From Methanomassiliicoccales archaeon (GTDB taxonomy: Archaea; Thermoplasmatota; Thermoplasmata; Methanomassiliicoccales; UBA472): DNA of 64,000 nt. Every line of letters starts with the position of its first letter. The stretch's first letter is position 1. The stretch is from NCBI GenBank assembly GCA_026394375.1, contig JAPKYJ010000003.1, positions 33,846 through 97,845 of the forward strand. Direction: 5' to 3'. The notes beneath the pieces were generated by a model. The model saw only the letters and a program-made list of their open reading frames with translations, had not been told where the DNA came from and ran no database searches. The translations under genes and the position numbers were made by a program. Shown one piece after another: positions 18,426-28,987 of the stretch.

Positions 18426-20129
18426 GTGTCGTTCCTTGGACGTGGGCTGGTAGTGAGCATCGTCTTCCTGGTAGCGATTTCGAGCTTCATGTCCACCCTG
18501 GCCAGCTCAGGCTCGTTGGCAGTGACCGGAGGGATGAGCCAGGCCGAACATGATCTGGTGAATGAGATCCAAGGAGAATCCATCGCCCGCAACGCCTCCC
18601 ACATGGAGAACCTGGCCAAAGCGAACTTCGCTTCTCGCTCGGCGGGCTCGTTGGGAGCGAACCAGACCGCCGACTGGATCCTTTCCAGCTTTGTATCTGC
18701 TGGCCTATCTGCCGCCAAGGAGTATTTCCCGTTCAAGACCTGGGACCTGACCTCCAGACCATCGCTGGTCGTGGACCGGGACGGCTCGGACCTGACCCAG
18801 GACGACAGAGAGCAGTTGATGTCGTTCAATTGCGAGCATTGGAGCAAGCCCACGCCCTCGGGAGGTGCCAACGCTTCACTGGCCGTTCTTCCGCTCCCTC
18901 CAGCCGAAACATATTCCGATCTCGGCGCGAACCCTCTGAGCACCGTTGAATGGAATCAGGTGGACGTCACCGGAAGAGTGCTTGTCATCGGGAGGGAGGT
19001 GCGCTGGGTCTCTTCCTGGGAGAGCTCATTCATCGCCAAGATTACCGCTCAACGTCCCGCGGCGGTCGTTTTCGTTTGGTGGTATGACTGGATGGCGGGG
19101 TTGGAGGGCATGTTCAGCTCCTCGGCCGGAGGGAAGCCGGGAAGCCAGAGCGGGCCATACTTCTGGTACCTCGGTCTGCCCGTGGGTGGGGTGAACTACA
19201 CCGAGGGGCTGCTCCTGCGCGATATCGCGCAGGGAAATGCCACAGCCCTCGTGGAGGTGGAAAGCAAACTGGCCAACGCTCAGCAGTGCAACGTGGCCGC
19301 GAGGATCGAGGGCGAGATAGAGCCCAATAGGTCGGTGTTGGTGACCGCGCACTATGATAGCGTGCTCACGCCTGGCTTCTGCGACAATGCCGGCGGCGTC
19401 TCCTCGGTCCTGGAGATCGCGCGGGTCCTCTCCCAAGCTAAGGCCAACGGCAGCTACCATCCTCATTACTCAATCACATTCGTGGCCTTCTCCGGGGAAG
19501 AGTTGGGCTATGTGGGATCGATCAACTACGTGCGCATGCATCCTTCAGAGGTATCCAAGGCGGTGGCGGTGATCAACCTGGATTGCATAGGAGCCCGGAC
19601 CATGGTCATCACCCGCACCGAGCCCGATTCCATGCTAGACCTGGACGAGGTGCTGCTCCAGTGCGCCTTGGACCTGGGGGTGAGCGTCGTGACCGAGGAA
19701 CCCAGCGGCTCGGACCAGGACGTGTTCCTGGACCCGGAATGGGCGGCGGGCTACTATCAGCAAGCTTGGGGGTTGGATGCGAAGATAGCCTCCGTTCCCC
19801 CCGTCCTAGAGAGCGTGATGCTCGCCTCCCAGCCAATCCTCTATTACGGCATCTGGTACGACTCTGAAGTGGGATGGATCCACACTCCAAGGGACGGTCG
19901 GTCATGGGCGAATTCCACGGGCTGGGTGACGAATGAATATTTGCAGCAGCAGACGCAGGTGGCGCTCCTGGGCTTGGTGCGGATCAGCTCTGGCTCCCCC
20001 GTGCCCGCGGCGAGCGGGGACGATACGCTCCTTCTGGTAGGGGCCAGTGTCGTCCTGGCGGCAGTCATCATCAGCGGTACACTGGTCTGGAAGGGCAGGC
20101 ATCGACCCGGTCCTCCGCAACAGGGTTAA
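18426..20129 (+). CDS. Secreted/membrane-anchored M28-family aminopeptidase with PA-like insert
   Basis: 567 aa. N-terminal signal/TM. M28 metal-ligand contexts AHYDSV, DNAGGVS and FSGEELGYVGS. C-terminal TM plus basic tail. Confidence 0.85.
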   Translation: MSFLGRGLVVSIVFLVAISSFMSTLASSGSLAVTGGMSQAEHDLVNEIQGESIARNASHMENLAKANFASRSAGSLGANQTADWILSSFVSAGLSAAKEYFPFKTWDLTSRPSLVVDRDGSDLTQDDREQLMSFNCEHWSKPTPSGGANASLAVLPLPPAETYSDLGANPLSTVEWNQVDVTGRVLVIGREVRWVSSWESSFIAKITAQRPAAVVFVWWYDWMAGLEGMFSSSAGGKPGSQSGPYFWYLGLPVGGVNYTEGLLLRDIAQGNATALVEVESKLANAQQCNVAARIEGEIEPNRSVLVTAHYDSVLTPGFCDNAGGVSSVLEIARVLSQAKANGSYHPHYSITFVAFSGEELGYVGSINYVRMHPSEVSKAVAVINLDCIGARTMVITRTEPDSMLDLDEVLLQCALDLGVSVVTEEPSGSDQDVFLDPEWAAGYYQQAWGLDAKIASVPPVLESVMLASQPILYYGIWYDSEVGWIHTPRDGRSWANSTGWVTNEYLQQQTQVALLGLVRISSGSPVPAASGDDTLLLVGASVVLAAVIISGTLVWKGRHRPGPPQQG

Positions 20130-20180
20130 AATAATCGTCGGGAGAATAGGTGGTCTCCGTTCTGGACCGAGCGTGGCGAG

Positions 20181-21095
20181 ATGAAGTGCAACAGCATCCT
20201 GGAGACCATAGGCCGGACACCGCTTGTCCGCTTGAATCGCGTCGTGCCCGAGGGCTCGGCGGAAGTGTTCTGCAAGCTGGAAGCATTCAACCCCATGTCC
20301 TCGGTCAAGGACCGAGTGGCCCGGGCCATGATCGACGATGCCGAGCGCTCTGGCAGGTTGAAGCCTGGCATGTGCGTCATCGAGCCCACCTCCGGCAACA
20401 CTGGCATCGGATTGGCGATGGTCTGTGCGGTCAGGGGGTACAGGCTGATCCTCACCATGCCAGAGAACATGAGCCAGGAGAGGCAGCGTCTGCTCCGGGC
20501 CATGGGGGCAGAGATCGTGCTTACGCCCCGGGCAGAAGGCATGGGAGGGGCGGTCTCGTGCGCCCAGGAACTCTGCGGAAAAGAGACGAACTCATTCATG
20601 CCCATGCAGTTCGAGAACCCCTCGAATCCCGATATCCATGAGAGAACCACCGGTCAAGAGATACTGCAGGACCAGCCGGTGGTGGACGCTTTCGTGGCCG
20701 GGGTGGGAACCGGCGGGACCATCATGGGCGTGGGCCGCGTTCTGAAGCGCTCTCGTTCATCCTGTCTGATCGTGGCGGTCGAGCCGAAAGGATCGCCGGT
20801 CCTTTCCGGAGGAAGCCCAGGGACGCATGGCATACAGGGCATCGGCGCGGGATTCGTCCCCAAGGTCCTGGACCGGAGCATGTTAGATAGGATCATTCAG
20901 GTGAGCGACGATGAGGCGAAGGAGATGGCGAGACGACTTGCCAAAGAGGAAGGGATCCTGGCCGGTATCTCTTCGGGAGCGGCGGTCCATGCGGCCGTCC
21001 TGGTGGCCAAGGAACTTGGCCCTGGCAAAACGGTGGTTACACTGCTGCCAGACTCCGGAGAAAGGTATTTGAGCACGGACCTGTTTTCAAAATGA
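20181..21095 (+). CDS. cysK: Cysteine synthase A (O-acetylserine sulfhydrylase)
   Basis: 304 aa with [13 protein letters not shown]-lysine motif NPMSSVKDR and GTGGT loop. Confidence 0.93.
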   Translation: MKCNSILETIGRTPLVRLNRVVPEGSAEVFCKLEAFNPMSSVKDRVARAMIDDAERSGRLKPGMCVIEPTSGNTGIGLAMVCAVRGYRLILTMPENMSQERQRLLRAMGAEIVLTPRAEGMGGAVSCAQELCGKETNSFMPMQFENPSNPDIHERTTGQEILQDQPVVDAFVAGVGTGGTIMGVGRVLKRSRSSCLIVAVEPKGSPVLSGGSPGTHGIQGIGAGFVPKVLDRSMLDRIIQVSDDEAKEMARRLAKEEGILAGISSGAAVHAAVLVAKELGPGKTVVTLLPDSGERYLSTDLFSK

Positions 21096-21104
21096 AGTAT
21101 CGCC

Positions 21105-21755
21105 ATGAGCTGGAAGGAAGACGTCGTCACCGTTCTGGAGCGGGATCCGGCGGCAAAGTCCTACAAGGAAGCGCTGTTCTTCAGCCCGGGACTGCACGCC
21201 ATTCTCCTGCACCGCCTTTCGCATAACGCCTACAAGAAGGGGAATCTCTTCTTGGCCAGGTCAGTGAACTACTTCGCCAGAGTGCTCACGGGGGCCGACA
21301 TCCATCCGGGGGCCACCATAGGCAAAGGGTTCTTCATCGATCACGCCGTCGGCGTGGTCATCGGTGAGACGGCCATTGTCGGCGACAACGTCTCGGTCTT
21401 CCAGGGAGTCACCCTTGGAGGCGTGAGCGCGGACAAGGGAAGGAAAAGGCATCCCACCATCGGCAACAACGTGACCATCGGTGCGCACGCCGTGATACTA
21501 GGGGATATCACCGTCGGGGACGACGTGAAGATCGGCGCCGGTTCGGTGGTGGTGAAGGACGTTCCTCCGAACTCCACGGTGGTCGGAGTCCCGGGAAAAG
21601 TGGTCAAGCGGGATGGCCTGACCATGAAGATCGACCTAAGGCACGATCAACTCCCAGATCCATTGGTGGACGCCTTTGTGGACGTCAACCATCATATGGT
21701 GGAACTGGAGAAGCGCATGCTCGCCCTCGAGGAGGAGCGGAGAAAAGAGAAATAG
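21105..21755 (+). CDS. cysE: Serine O-acetyltransferase
   Basis: 216 aa with an N-terminal SATase helical domain and hexapeptide repeats (GATIGKGFFIDHAVGVVIGETAIVGDNVSVFQGVTLGG). Confidence 0.92.
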   Translation: MSWKEDVVTVLERDPAAKSYKEALFFSPGLHAILLHRLSHNAYKKGNLFLARSVNYFARVLTGADIHPGATIGKGFFIDHAVGVVIGETAIVGDNVSVFQGVTLGGVSADKGRKRHPTIGNNVTIGAHAVILGDITVGDDVKIGAGSVVVKDVPPNSTVVGVPGKVVKRDGLTMKIDLRHDQLPDPLVDAFVDVNHHMVELEKRMLALEEERRKEK

Positions 21756-21789
21756 GCTGAGCGTGTTCTGTGCTGCGAGGAATGATGCC

Positions 21790-23187
21790 GTGGGCCTGAA
21801 GGTGTACAACACCCTGACCAAGCGCAAGGAGGATTTCCAGCCGCTCAACGATGATCAGGTCAACATGTACGTCTGCGGCGTCACGGTCTACGATGACATT
21901 CATATGGGGCATGCGCGGAACATGGTCGTCTTCGACATGATCGCCCGCTACCTCCGATACAAGGGTTACAAGGTCGTCCACGCCACCAATTTCACCGACG
22001 TCGACGATAAGATCATCGACCGCGCGAACGAAGTGGGGGTGCCTGCGCTGCAGCTCTCCTCCATGTACATCGAGCGCTACTTTCAGGAGGCGGAGGCGCT
22101 GGGCGTCAAGCGCGCCGATAAGTACCCCAAGGCATCGGAATACATCCAGGAGATCATCGAACTGGTGAAGATGATAGAGGCCGCCGGCTCTGCCTACAGA
22201 ACGGGCGACGGCAGCGTCTATTTCTCCATGGACAGGGTGAAGGACTACGGCAAGCTCTCGGGCATGAAGATCGATGAGCTGAAGGCTGGCGCGAGGGTGG
22301 ACGTGGATGAGGAAAAGAGGAACCCCACGGACTTCGCGCTTTGGAAGGGTGCGAAACCGGGCGAGGTATCATGGCCAAGCCCCTGGGGTGAGGGTCGGCC
22401 AGGCTGGCACATCGAATGCTCGGCCATGTGCATGAAGTTGTTCGGGGCGACATTGGACATCCACGGAGGCGGCAACGACCTCATTTTCCCCCACCACGAG
22501 AACGAGATCGTGCAGTCGGAATCCGTCACAGGCAAACCGCTTGCCCGCTACTGGCTGCACAACGGCATGCTCCAAGTGCAAGAAGAGAAGATGGCCAAGT
22601 CGCTGAAGAACTTCTTCACCGTGCGCCAGGTGCTGGAGAAGCATTCCAAGGAAGAGGCGCGCTTCTACCTGCTCAACACTCACTACCGCGGTCCGCTCGC
22701 CTATTCAGATGCGGCACTGGAGGAGGCGGCGGCCTCGCTCAAGCGGCTGCACGGCACTTATGCCGAATTGAAGGCGACCTTATCCACGACCAAAGGGGAG
22801 GATGACGCTGGCCCGCTGGTGGAAACGGCCCGGAAGGACTTCATCGAGGAGATGGACGACGACTTCAACTCGCGGGCGGCCATCGCGGTCATCTTCGATC
22901 TGGCAAGAGAGACCAACCGTCTGCAGGCGGAGGGAAAGCTGAGCCAGACGGGAGTGCGTGACCTCCTTTCCTTCTTGGAGGAGGCGGACCAGGTGCTCGG
23001 CATCCTGCCCCAGGAGAAAGCGGGGGAGGAGACGCTGAACGGCGTGGTTCAGATCCTCATCGAGGTCAGGAAGGAGCTGAGGAAGCGCAAGCTCTTCGAC
23101 CTCGCGGACAGTATCCGCGACCGACTGGCGGAGAAGGGCATCAAGCTGGAAGATACGGCCGAGGGCGCGAAATGGAAGCGAATATGA
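21790..23187 (+). CDS. cysS: Cysteinyl-tRNA synthetase
   Basis: HIGH (IHMGHARN) and KMSKS (KMAKSLKN) motifs. A GTG start at 21790 gives (M)GLKVYNTLTKRKEDF. The ORF opens at 21676, inside cysE. Confidence 0.92.
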   Translation: MGLKVYNTLTKRKEDFQPLNDDQVNMYVCGVTVYDDIHMGHARNMVVFDMIARYLRYKGYKVVHATNFTDVDDKIIDRANEVGVPALQLSSMYIERYFQEAEALGVKRADKYPKASEYIQEIIELVKMIEAAGSAYRTGDGSVYFSMDRVKDYGKLSGMKIDELKAGARVDVDEEKRNPTDFALWKGAKPGEVSWPSPWGEGRPGWHIECSAMCMKLFGATLDIHGGGNDLIFPHHENEIVQSESVTGKPLARYWLHNGMLQVQEEKMAKSLKNFFTVRQVLEKHSKEEARFYLLNTHYRGPLAYSDAALEEAAASLKRLHGTYAELKATLSTTKGEDDAGPLVETARKDFIEEMDDDFNSRAAIAVIFDLARETNRLQAEGKLSQTGVRDLLSFLEEADQVLGILPQEKAGEETLNGVVQILIEVRKELRKRKLFDLADSIRDRLAEKGIKLEDTAEGAKWKRI

Positions 23188-24209
23188 GGTCAGTCGCGCG
23201 CAAGAAAGCGATCCTTTTGGCAGGGGGCAAGGTGAAGGTCGCTCCGGAGCTGAGACTGCCTTTCCTGCCCAGCCGTTCCACCGCCGGTCCCGGGGCCGGG
23301 TCCATCGGGATCGTTCTGGAATTCGAGGGCCATCGAGTCAAGAAGGCCATCTCCAGGGAGGAGGGCGATTTCGAACTGGCCAAGCGGGGCGAGGAGTTCG
23401 CGCTGCTGAGAGAGGGGGAGGTGTTCATCGAGCACGTGCACGTCCAGCCGACGCTGGCACACTCACCGGAACAAGCGTTCTACAACATCGAGACCGAGTG
23501 CATGTACGACTGCAAGTTCTGTACCTCCCGGCGGCTGGAGAAGCAAGTGACCAAAAGCCTCACGCCAGAGAAGATAGTGGATCTGGTCAGAGAACAGTCC
23601 AAGCGCCCGGATTTCAAGGCGGTGGCGCTCACCTCTGCGGTCGTTGGCTCGCCGAAACAGACCTTGCAGAAGATGCTCTACATCGTTCGCGAAGTCCGCC
23701 GGTCCCTGCCCCAAGTTCCTATCGGGGTGGAGCCCTACGTCGACGAGTTGGACCAGATCGATCAGCTGAAAGAGGCGGGGGCGGACGAGATCAAGCTCAA
23801 CGTCGAGAGCTTTGACCGAGAGATCTTCCAGAAGGTCTGCGGGGAACTGGACCTCGATTGGATATTCCAGGCGCTGGAGCATGCGGTGAAGATCTTCGGC
23901 AAAGGCAAGGTGTGCTCCAACATCATCTACGGATTGGGGGAGAGCGACGAGAACGTGCTTGCCGGGGTGGAAGCTTTGGCTAGGATAGGGGTCGTAGCCA
24001 CTCTAAGACCTCTTCGTGTCAACGAGCTGAACCGCGAGTCGCTCGAGGAGGCTCTGGGCCAGCTCCCGAATCTGGAGCCTGAGAGAATGCTCGATCTAGC
24101 CAAAGGGCACAGAAGGATCCTTGAGATGCACGGCCTGAGCACTCTGACGTTCCAGACAATGTGCAATGCCTGTACTTGCTGCGACATCGTGCCTTTCAAG
24201 GACATATGA
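23184..24209 (+). CDS. Radical SAM protein, function unknown
   Basis: CxxxCxxC motif ECMYDCKFCTS after a ~105-aa N-terminal domain. C-terminal Cys cluster CNACTCCD. The ATG overlaps the cysS stop (ATGA). Confidence 0.8.
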   Translation: MRSVARKKAILLAGGKVKVAPELRLPFLPSRSTAGPGAGSIGIVLEFEGHRVKKAISREEGDFELAKRGEEFALLREGEVFIEHVHVQPTLAHSPEQAFYNIETECMYDCKFCTSRRLEKQVTKSLTPEKIVDLVREQSKRPDFKAVALTSAVVGSPKQTLQKMLYIVREVRRSLPQVPIGVEPYVDELDQIDQLKEAGADEIKLNVESFDREIFQKVCGELDLDWIFQALEHAVKIFGKGKVCSNIIYGLGESDENVLAGVEALARIGVVATLRPLRVNELNRESLEEALGQLPNLEPERMLDLAKGHRRILEMHGLSTLTFQTMCNACTCCDIVPFKDI

Positions 24210-24310
24210 GAAGCATCCTTTAGGATATCGCACGGAACTGGAGTCTCTTCGTTCCTTATTTTAGGTCATCCGAAATCGTTTAATAGAGAATGCTCCCTCG
24301 GTTGACTTTG

Positions 24311-25012
24311 ATGCTGAGCGAAATCGCAGAGGAGTACCTGGAATGCGTCTATGACCTGACACGGCAGGGTTCAACAGCGAGGACGAGCGACATCGCGGCC
24401 AAGATGAAGGTAGCCCCGGCCAGTGTGACGGAGATGGTGCAGAAGATGGCCGCTGATCGATACCTCGTGTACGAGAAATACAAGGGTGCATCGCTGACTG
24501 ACGAAGGGCTGCTCATCGCACGCAAGATCAAGCGGAAGCACCGGCTGCTGGAACGATTCCTGGTGGACGTGGTCGGGGTCCGGCGCAGCCAGAGCCACGA
24601 GGAAGCCTGCCGCTTGGAGCACGTCATCTCTGATGAGTCGGAGAGGAAGATCTGCCAGATCACGAACAATCCACGATACTGTCCGGACGGAGATCCCATC
24701 CCGGAGTGCGAAGATGGCGATTGCATCAACTGCCCGGGCGACCCCGCCGTGCCACTGAGAGATCTTAAGGCGGGCGAGAAGGGCTTGATCATCTATCTGA
24801 AGTGCGAGGATTCGGCCAGCATCCGGCGCCTCATCTCCATGGGCTTCGTTCCAGGAAGAGAGGTGTCGTTGGAGGAGCACGTTCCGTTTGGCGGACCTCT
24901 TTTGGTCAAAATAGGGGAATGTCGGGTTGCCCTGGCCAAGGAATACGCAGATCTCGTGCTGATGCAGAGGTTTTCGGATCAGGGAACAAAGGCCGGCAAG
25001 GCTAGGAACTAA
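24311..25012 (+). CDS. DtxR/IdeR-family metal-dependent repressor with C-terminal FeoA/SH3-like domain
   Basis: MLSEIAEEYLECVYDL...ASVTEMVQKM wHTH, dimerisation/metal domain KRKHRLLERFL...EACRLEHV, and a FeoA-like tail. Confidence 0.88.
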   Translation: MLSEIAEEYLECVYDLTRQGSTARTSDIAAKMKVAPASVTEMVQKMAADRYLVYEKYKGASLTDEGLLIARKIKRKHRLLERFLVDVVGVRRSQSHEEACRLEHVISDESERKICQITNNPRYCPDGDPIPECEDGDCINCPGDPAVPLRDLKAGEKGLIIYLKCEDSASIRRLISMGFVPGREVSLEEHVPFGGPLLVKIGECRVALAKEYADLVLMQRFSDQGTKAGKARN

Positions 25013-25031
25013 TTATTATGGGGAGCGGGAG

Positions 25032-26936
25032 ATGGAGATCGGACTGATCGGTCAGCCGAATGTGGGCAAGTCCGTCCTCTTCTCCAAGCTGACGGGGATT
25101 GGAGCGATATCCTCCAACTACCCCGGAACGACCGTCGAGTTCCAAGAGGGGGCGGTCTATCGAGGCGGACAGAGGCTCAATTTTCACGATCTGCCTGGGA
25201 CCTATTCGCTGACCGGCGTTTCGGAAGACGAGACGGTGGCCACCAGACTGTTGGCCGAGAAGGAACTGGACGTGATCGTGGCCGTCGCCGACGCCACTCG
25301 GTTGGAGCAGAGCATGGTGTTGGTGTTCCAACTCATCGAGCTCGGTTTCAAGGTGGTGGTGGCGCTCAACATGATGGACGTCGCTCGCAAGCGCTACCAC
25401 GTGGACATCACGCGCCTGGAAAGCATCCTCCGAGTGCCGATCGTTCCAACCGTGGCCATCACTGGTGAGGGCGTCGAGGACCTGGTGGAAGTGCTGCTCA
25501 CTGCGCAGGTCAAGCCATCCGACTTCAAGGTGCGCTATGATAGGCACATCGAGGAGATGATAGGGAACCTCTCACTTGAACCGGAGAGCAAGACTGCCCG
25601 GTTTCCGACACGCGGTGCTCTCATCAAACTGCTCGAAGGAAACCCCTTTTTCGCTGAGCAGTTCTCGCACGAATTCAAGGTCAAGGTCGAGCGGGATAGA
25701 GATGAGTTCCGGAGAGACCACAGGGAGGAGATCGCGGTCCACATCAACCGCGACCGTTACGGCGAGGCCGGACGCATCGCCAAGGAGGTCATCAGCGATC
25801 GCATCCCTCCCAAAGGCCGCGCCGACCAGATCTCCGACCTGACCTTGCGCCCCCGGACCGGCATCCCCATCATGTTGGCTGTGCTGGCCGGCGTCTTCCT
25901 CACCGTGATATTCGTAGGGGGATTACTGGAGTCCGTCCTCCTCGGTGCATACGAAGCCCTGGTCGGCAACTTCTTCATCGATCTGGCGAACGCCGGTGGA
26001 CCGTTCGCTCTAGCGCTGGCGAAAGGCGTCGACCTGAGCCTGCAAGCGATACTCTCCATCGTCATCCCCTACATCGTGGTCTTCTATCTGATCCTGGGAT
26101 TGCTAGAGGACACCGGCTACCTTCCTAGGATGGTGATACTGCTCGATGGCATCATGCACAAGATGGGGTTGCACGGCAGGGCCATCATCCCCATGATCTT
26201 GGGCATGGGCTGCAACGTGCCGGCCATACTCGCCACCCGCGTGATGGAGTCCCGGAGAGAACGTCTTATTCTAGCCACCATAACCATCATGGCCGTTCCT
26301 TGCTCCGCGCAGACGGCGGTGATCATGGGAACCGTGGGCAACTATGCTGGCCTCCTGTGGGCCGTGGCCATCTACATCATCCTCTTAATCATCCTCTTGG
26401 TTCTTGGAAGGCTGCTGCACAAGGCGCTGAGCTTCGAGCCCACGTCTCTGGCATTGGAGATCCCTGACCTCACCTGGCCTCGCCTCCGGAACGTGCTGTG
26501 GAAGACCCAGGTGCGCAGCAAGGACTTCTTCACGGTGGCATTCCCCCTCCTATTGGGGGGCAGCATCGTGCTGGAACTGCTCATGGAGTTCAAAGTGCTC
26601 GATGCCCTTGTCGGACCGCTGTCCCCTTTTACCCTCGGCTTCCTGGGCCTGCCTCCGATTATCATCATCGCCTTGATGTTCGGGATCCTGCGCAAGGAGA
26701 TGGCCATGCAGCTGCTGGTGGTTCTCTTTGGCACCTCGCAACTGAACTCAGTGCTGAGCAATGAACAGCTCTTCGTGTTCGCCTTGATCATGGCCACTTA
26801 CATGCCTTGTCTGTCCGCCCTGGCGGTGATGACCCGGGAGTTCGGGGCAAGGGATGCGGCCAAAGTGACCTTGGCGTCCGTTACCCTCGCGTTCCTTCTG
26901 GGAGGGACCGCTCACTTCCTCTTCTCCGTGTTCTGA
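25032..26936 (+). CDS. feoB: Ferrous iron transporter FeoB
   Basis: 634 aa with an N-terminal G-domain (GQPNVGKS, DLPGTYS, NMMD) and a polytopic membrane domain. Confidence 0.93.
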   Translation: MEIGLIGQPNVGKSVLFSKLTGIGAISSNYPGTTVEFQEGAVYRGGQRLNFHDLPGTYSLTGVSEDETVATRLLAEKELDVIVAVADATRLEQSMVLVFQLIELGFKVVVALNMMDVARKRYHVDITRLESILRVPIVPTVAITGEGVEDLVEVLLTAQVKPSDFKVRYDRHIEEMIGNLSLEPESKTARFPTRGALIKLLEGNPFFAEQFSHEFKVKVERDRDEFRRDHREEIAVHINRDRYGEAGRIAKEVISDRIPPKGRADQISDLTLRPRTGIPIMLAVLAGVFLTVIFVGGLLESVLLGAYEALVGNFFIDLANAGGPFALALAKGVDLSLQAILSIVIPYIVVFYLILGLLEDTGYLPRMVILLDGIMHKMGLHGRAIIPMILGMGCNVPAILATRVMESRRERLILATITIMAVPCSAQTAVIMGTVGNYAGLLWAVAIYIILLIILLVLGRLLHKALSFEPTSLALEIPDLTWPRLRNVLWKTQVRSKDFFTVAFPLLLGGSIVLELLMEFKVLDALVGPLSPFTLGFLGLPPIIIIALMFGILRKEMAMQLLVVLFGTSQLNSVLSNEQLFVFALIMATYMPCLSALAVMTREFGARDAAKVTLASVTLAFLLGGTAHFLFSVF

Positions 26937-28628
26937 TCAGGTATGGGAGAAGTAGGCGAGCACGTCCGGTTCTGACCTCTGGATGCGCACGAAGCCGAAG
27001 CGTTCGAACTGCATCGTCCGGTCGTTCTCGTCCTTGACGAAGGGTTCGGCCAAACCGGTCTTCTTCGTTCCATCGGGCATCCACACTTCGCACCTTCGGG
27101 AGTCGGGTGGCGCCCAGTGGATGATCTTCACCTTCTCCTTGAGGATGGAGAGGTCATTTCCGATGTAGTACGCCTTTCCCTCCCTCAGCTCCAGGTTGCA
27201 GAGGTCCTTGAGACGCACCTTCCCTCGTTCCTCTAGGTGCCTGAGGTCGTCCTTGACCACGTACACACGTATCGGCTCTCCGCTCATCGTGCTCTTACGG
27301 ACCCCTCTCTCCGGGAAGTCAGGTTGTACCGGCGCATGTGATTCCAGCCTATCGACACCGTATATATCCAGGGGCGTCGCGTCCCAGACGAAGAAGGATC
27401 GGTCGGCGATCTTGTCCACTCGGTCCCGGTTGTACGCATACAGCGTGTCCCAGGTGAACTCCACGTCCACGCCCTTGATGCCGCAGTCGATCCAGTAGGC
27501 GCGGATGGCCTCGGGAAGGATGCCTCGTTTGGCCATGGCCCGCACGGTGCCGAGACGGACGTCGTCCCAACCGGTGTACTCGCCTGTCTTGATGCCTTTT
27601 CCCACGGTGGAGGTCTTCAGGATCGTTTCCGGGATGGAGACCAGGCCATAGTGATGGTACCAAGGCCGCTTCCAGCCGAAGTATTCGAAGATGTATTCCT
27701 GGCGATGGGTGTTGTTGAGGTGGTCCTTTCCCCGAATGACATGGGTCAGACCGAGAGCGTGATCGTCCACCGCCACGCTGAAGTTCATCATGGGGTAGAC
27801 GCAGTACTTGGTGCCTGTGCGAGGGTGAGGTGTGGAGGTGACGATCCTAAGCCCAACGAAGTCGCGAATGGCCGGGTTGGGATGATGCAGATCGGTCTTT
27901 ATCACCAGGACCGCCTTCTCCTCCTCACATCGTCCGGCCAGCATCTGCTCGAATCTCTCCATCTGCTCATTAGGCGCTAGTTCGCGGTGTGGGCAGGGCC
28001 TCATCTCTTCCTTGGATCTGCGCCAGTCGTCGATTGGGCACGTGCATACGTAGGCTTTGCCCATTTCGATCAACTGCCTGGCGATGTCGTAGTAGAGCTC
28101 GAAACGCTCGCTTTGGATGATCGTCTTGCCGACCTTGACACCGAGCCACTCTAGATCCTCGGGGATCATGTCATAGGCATCGGGATCGATCTTGTCCGGG
28201 TTGGTGTCCTCCATGCGGTTGATGAAGCAGCCGTCGTAGCGGCGACAATACTCGTCGTTGAGGATGGCGACCCGGGTGTGTCCCAGATGCAGCGGCCCCG
28301 AGGGACCGGGGGCGAAGCGCATGACCACTTTGCCTTTCTCTGCGCCAGGGAGATCGGGAAGAGCATGAGTGCGCTCCTTCACCTCTCGCTTGAGCAGGGA
28401 AGCGTCGATGCCCTCCAGCAAACGCTTCTGCTCCTCCAGAGGGATCTGGTTCACCTGGGCCACGATGGATTCTATGAGCGGAAGGATCTCCCTGGCCCTC
28501 GGCCTCAGATCTGGCTCCTCCGCCAGCACCTTGCCCGAAACGGCCTTGGGGTTCGCCTTGCCGCCGTATAGTACAGCGTTCTGCAAGGCGTACTTCTTGA
28601 TCGCTTCTTTCGTCATCTCGTCCGACAT
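26937..28628 (-). CDS. gltX: Glutamyl-tRNA synthetase (archaeal type)
   Basis: FAPGPSGPLHLGHTRVAILN (HIGH region) and the archaeal/eukaryal Glx-RS body. The start is set at MSDEMTKEAIKKYAL; the ORF extends to 28748. Confidence 0.9.
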   Translation of the reverse strand: MSDEMTKEAIKKYALQNAVLYGGKANPKAVSGKVLAEEPDLRPRAREILPLIESIVAQVNQIPLEEQKRLLEGIDASLLKREVKERTHALPDLPGAEKGKVVMRFAPGPSGPLHLGHTRVAILNDEYCRRYDGCFINRMEDTNPDKIDPDAYDMIPEDLEWLGVKVGKTIIQSERFELYYDIARQLIEMGKAYVCTCPIDDWRRSKEEMRPCPHRELAPNEQMERFEQMLAGRCEEEKAVLVIKTDLHHPNPAIRDFVGLRIVTSTPHPRTGTKYCVYPMMNFSVAVDDHALGLTHVIRGKDHLNNTHRQEYIFEYFGWKRPWYHHYGLVSIPETILKTSTVGKGIKTGEYTGWDDVRLGTVRAMAKRGILPEAIRAYWIDCGIKGVDVEFTWDTLYAYNRDRVDKIADRSFFVWDATPLDIYGVDRLESHAPVQPDFPERGVRKSTMSGEPIRVYVVKDDLRHLEERGKVRLKDLCNLELREGKAYYIGNDLSILKEKVKIIHWAPPDSRRCEVWMPDGTKKTGLAEPFVKDENDRTMQFERFGFVRIQRSEPDVLAYFSHT

Positions 28629-28987
28629 CGGCGGCCAATCGCATAGCTCCGTATTTGAGCTTTCGTCAGCATGGCGGAAGGCTGAAGGTCGGGGGAACGC
28701 ATGCTCCCACGGCGAAAGGATGGCCAGGCAATCCCCGGAATCGTTCATGGAACAGTTGTTGCTTCGCTTCGTTGATCCTGGAACCGCCGACCGGTGCGTG
28801 ACCGCGATGGACGGTCTGGACTACGACGACATCCCGGGCATTGAGAGCGTGCTTATGCAGGAGCCGATGGCCGCCCGCCATGCGGACGAGGTCCTCCAGC
28901 GCTACAAGGAGTGGCTTCTGCTTCGGCCGTCCTATTGACAACCCCGCCCCAGTGGAGGATTAAATACCGTCGCGCAGATTACCGGTC

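Noticed and set aside
28747-28938. 63-aa + strand ORF (MEQLLLRFVDPGTADRCVTAMDGL...) in the ~360-bp gap between gltX and the UbiD-like gene.
   Set aside because: No recognisable motif or RBS, and it is the tail of an ORF that is otherwise antisense to gltX. It could be real, but I cannot support it.
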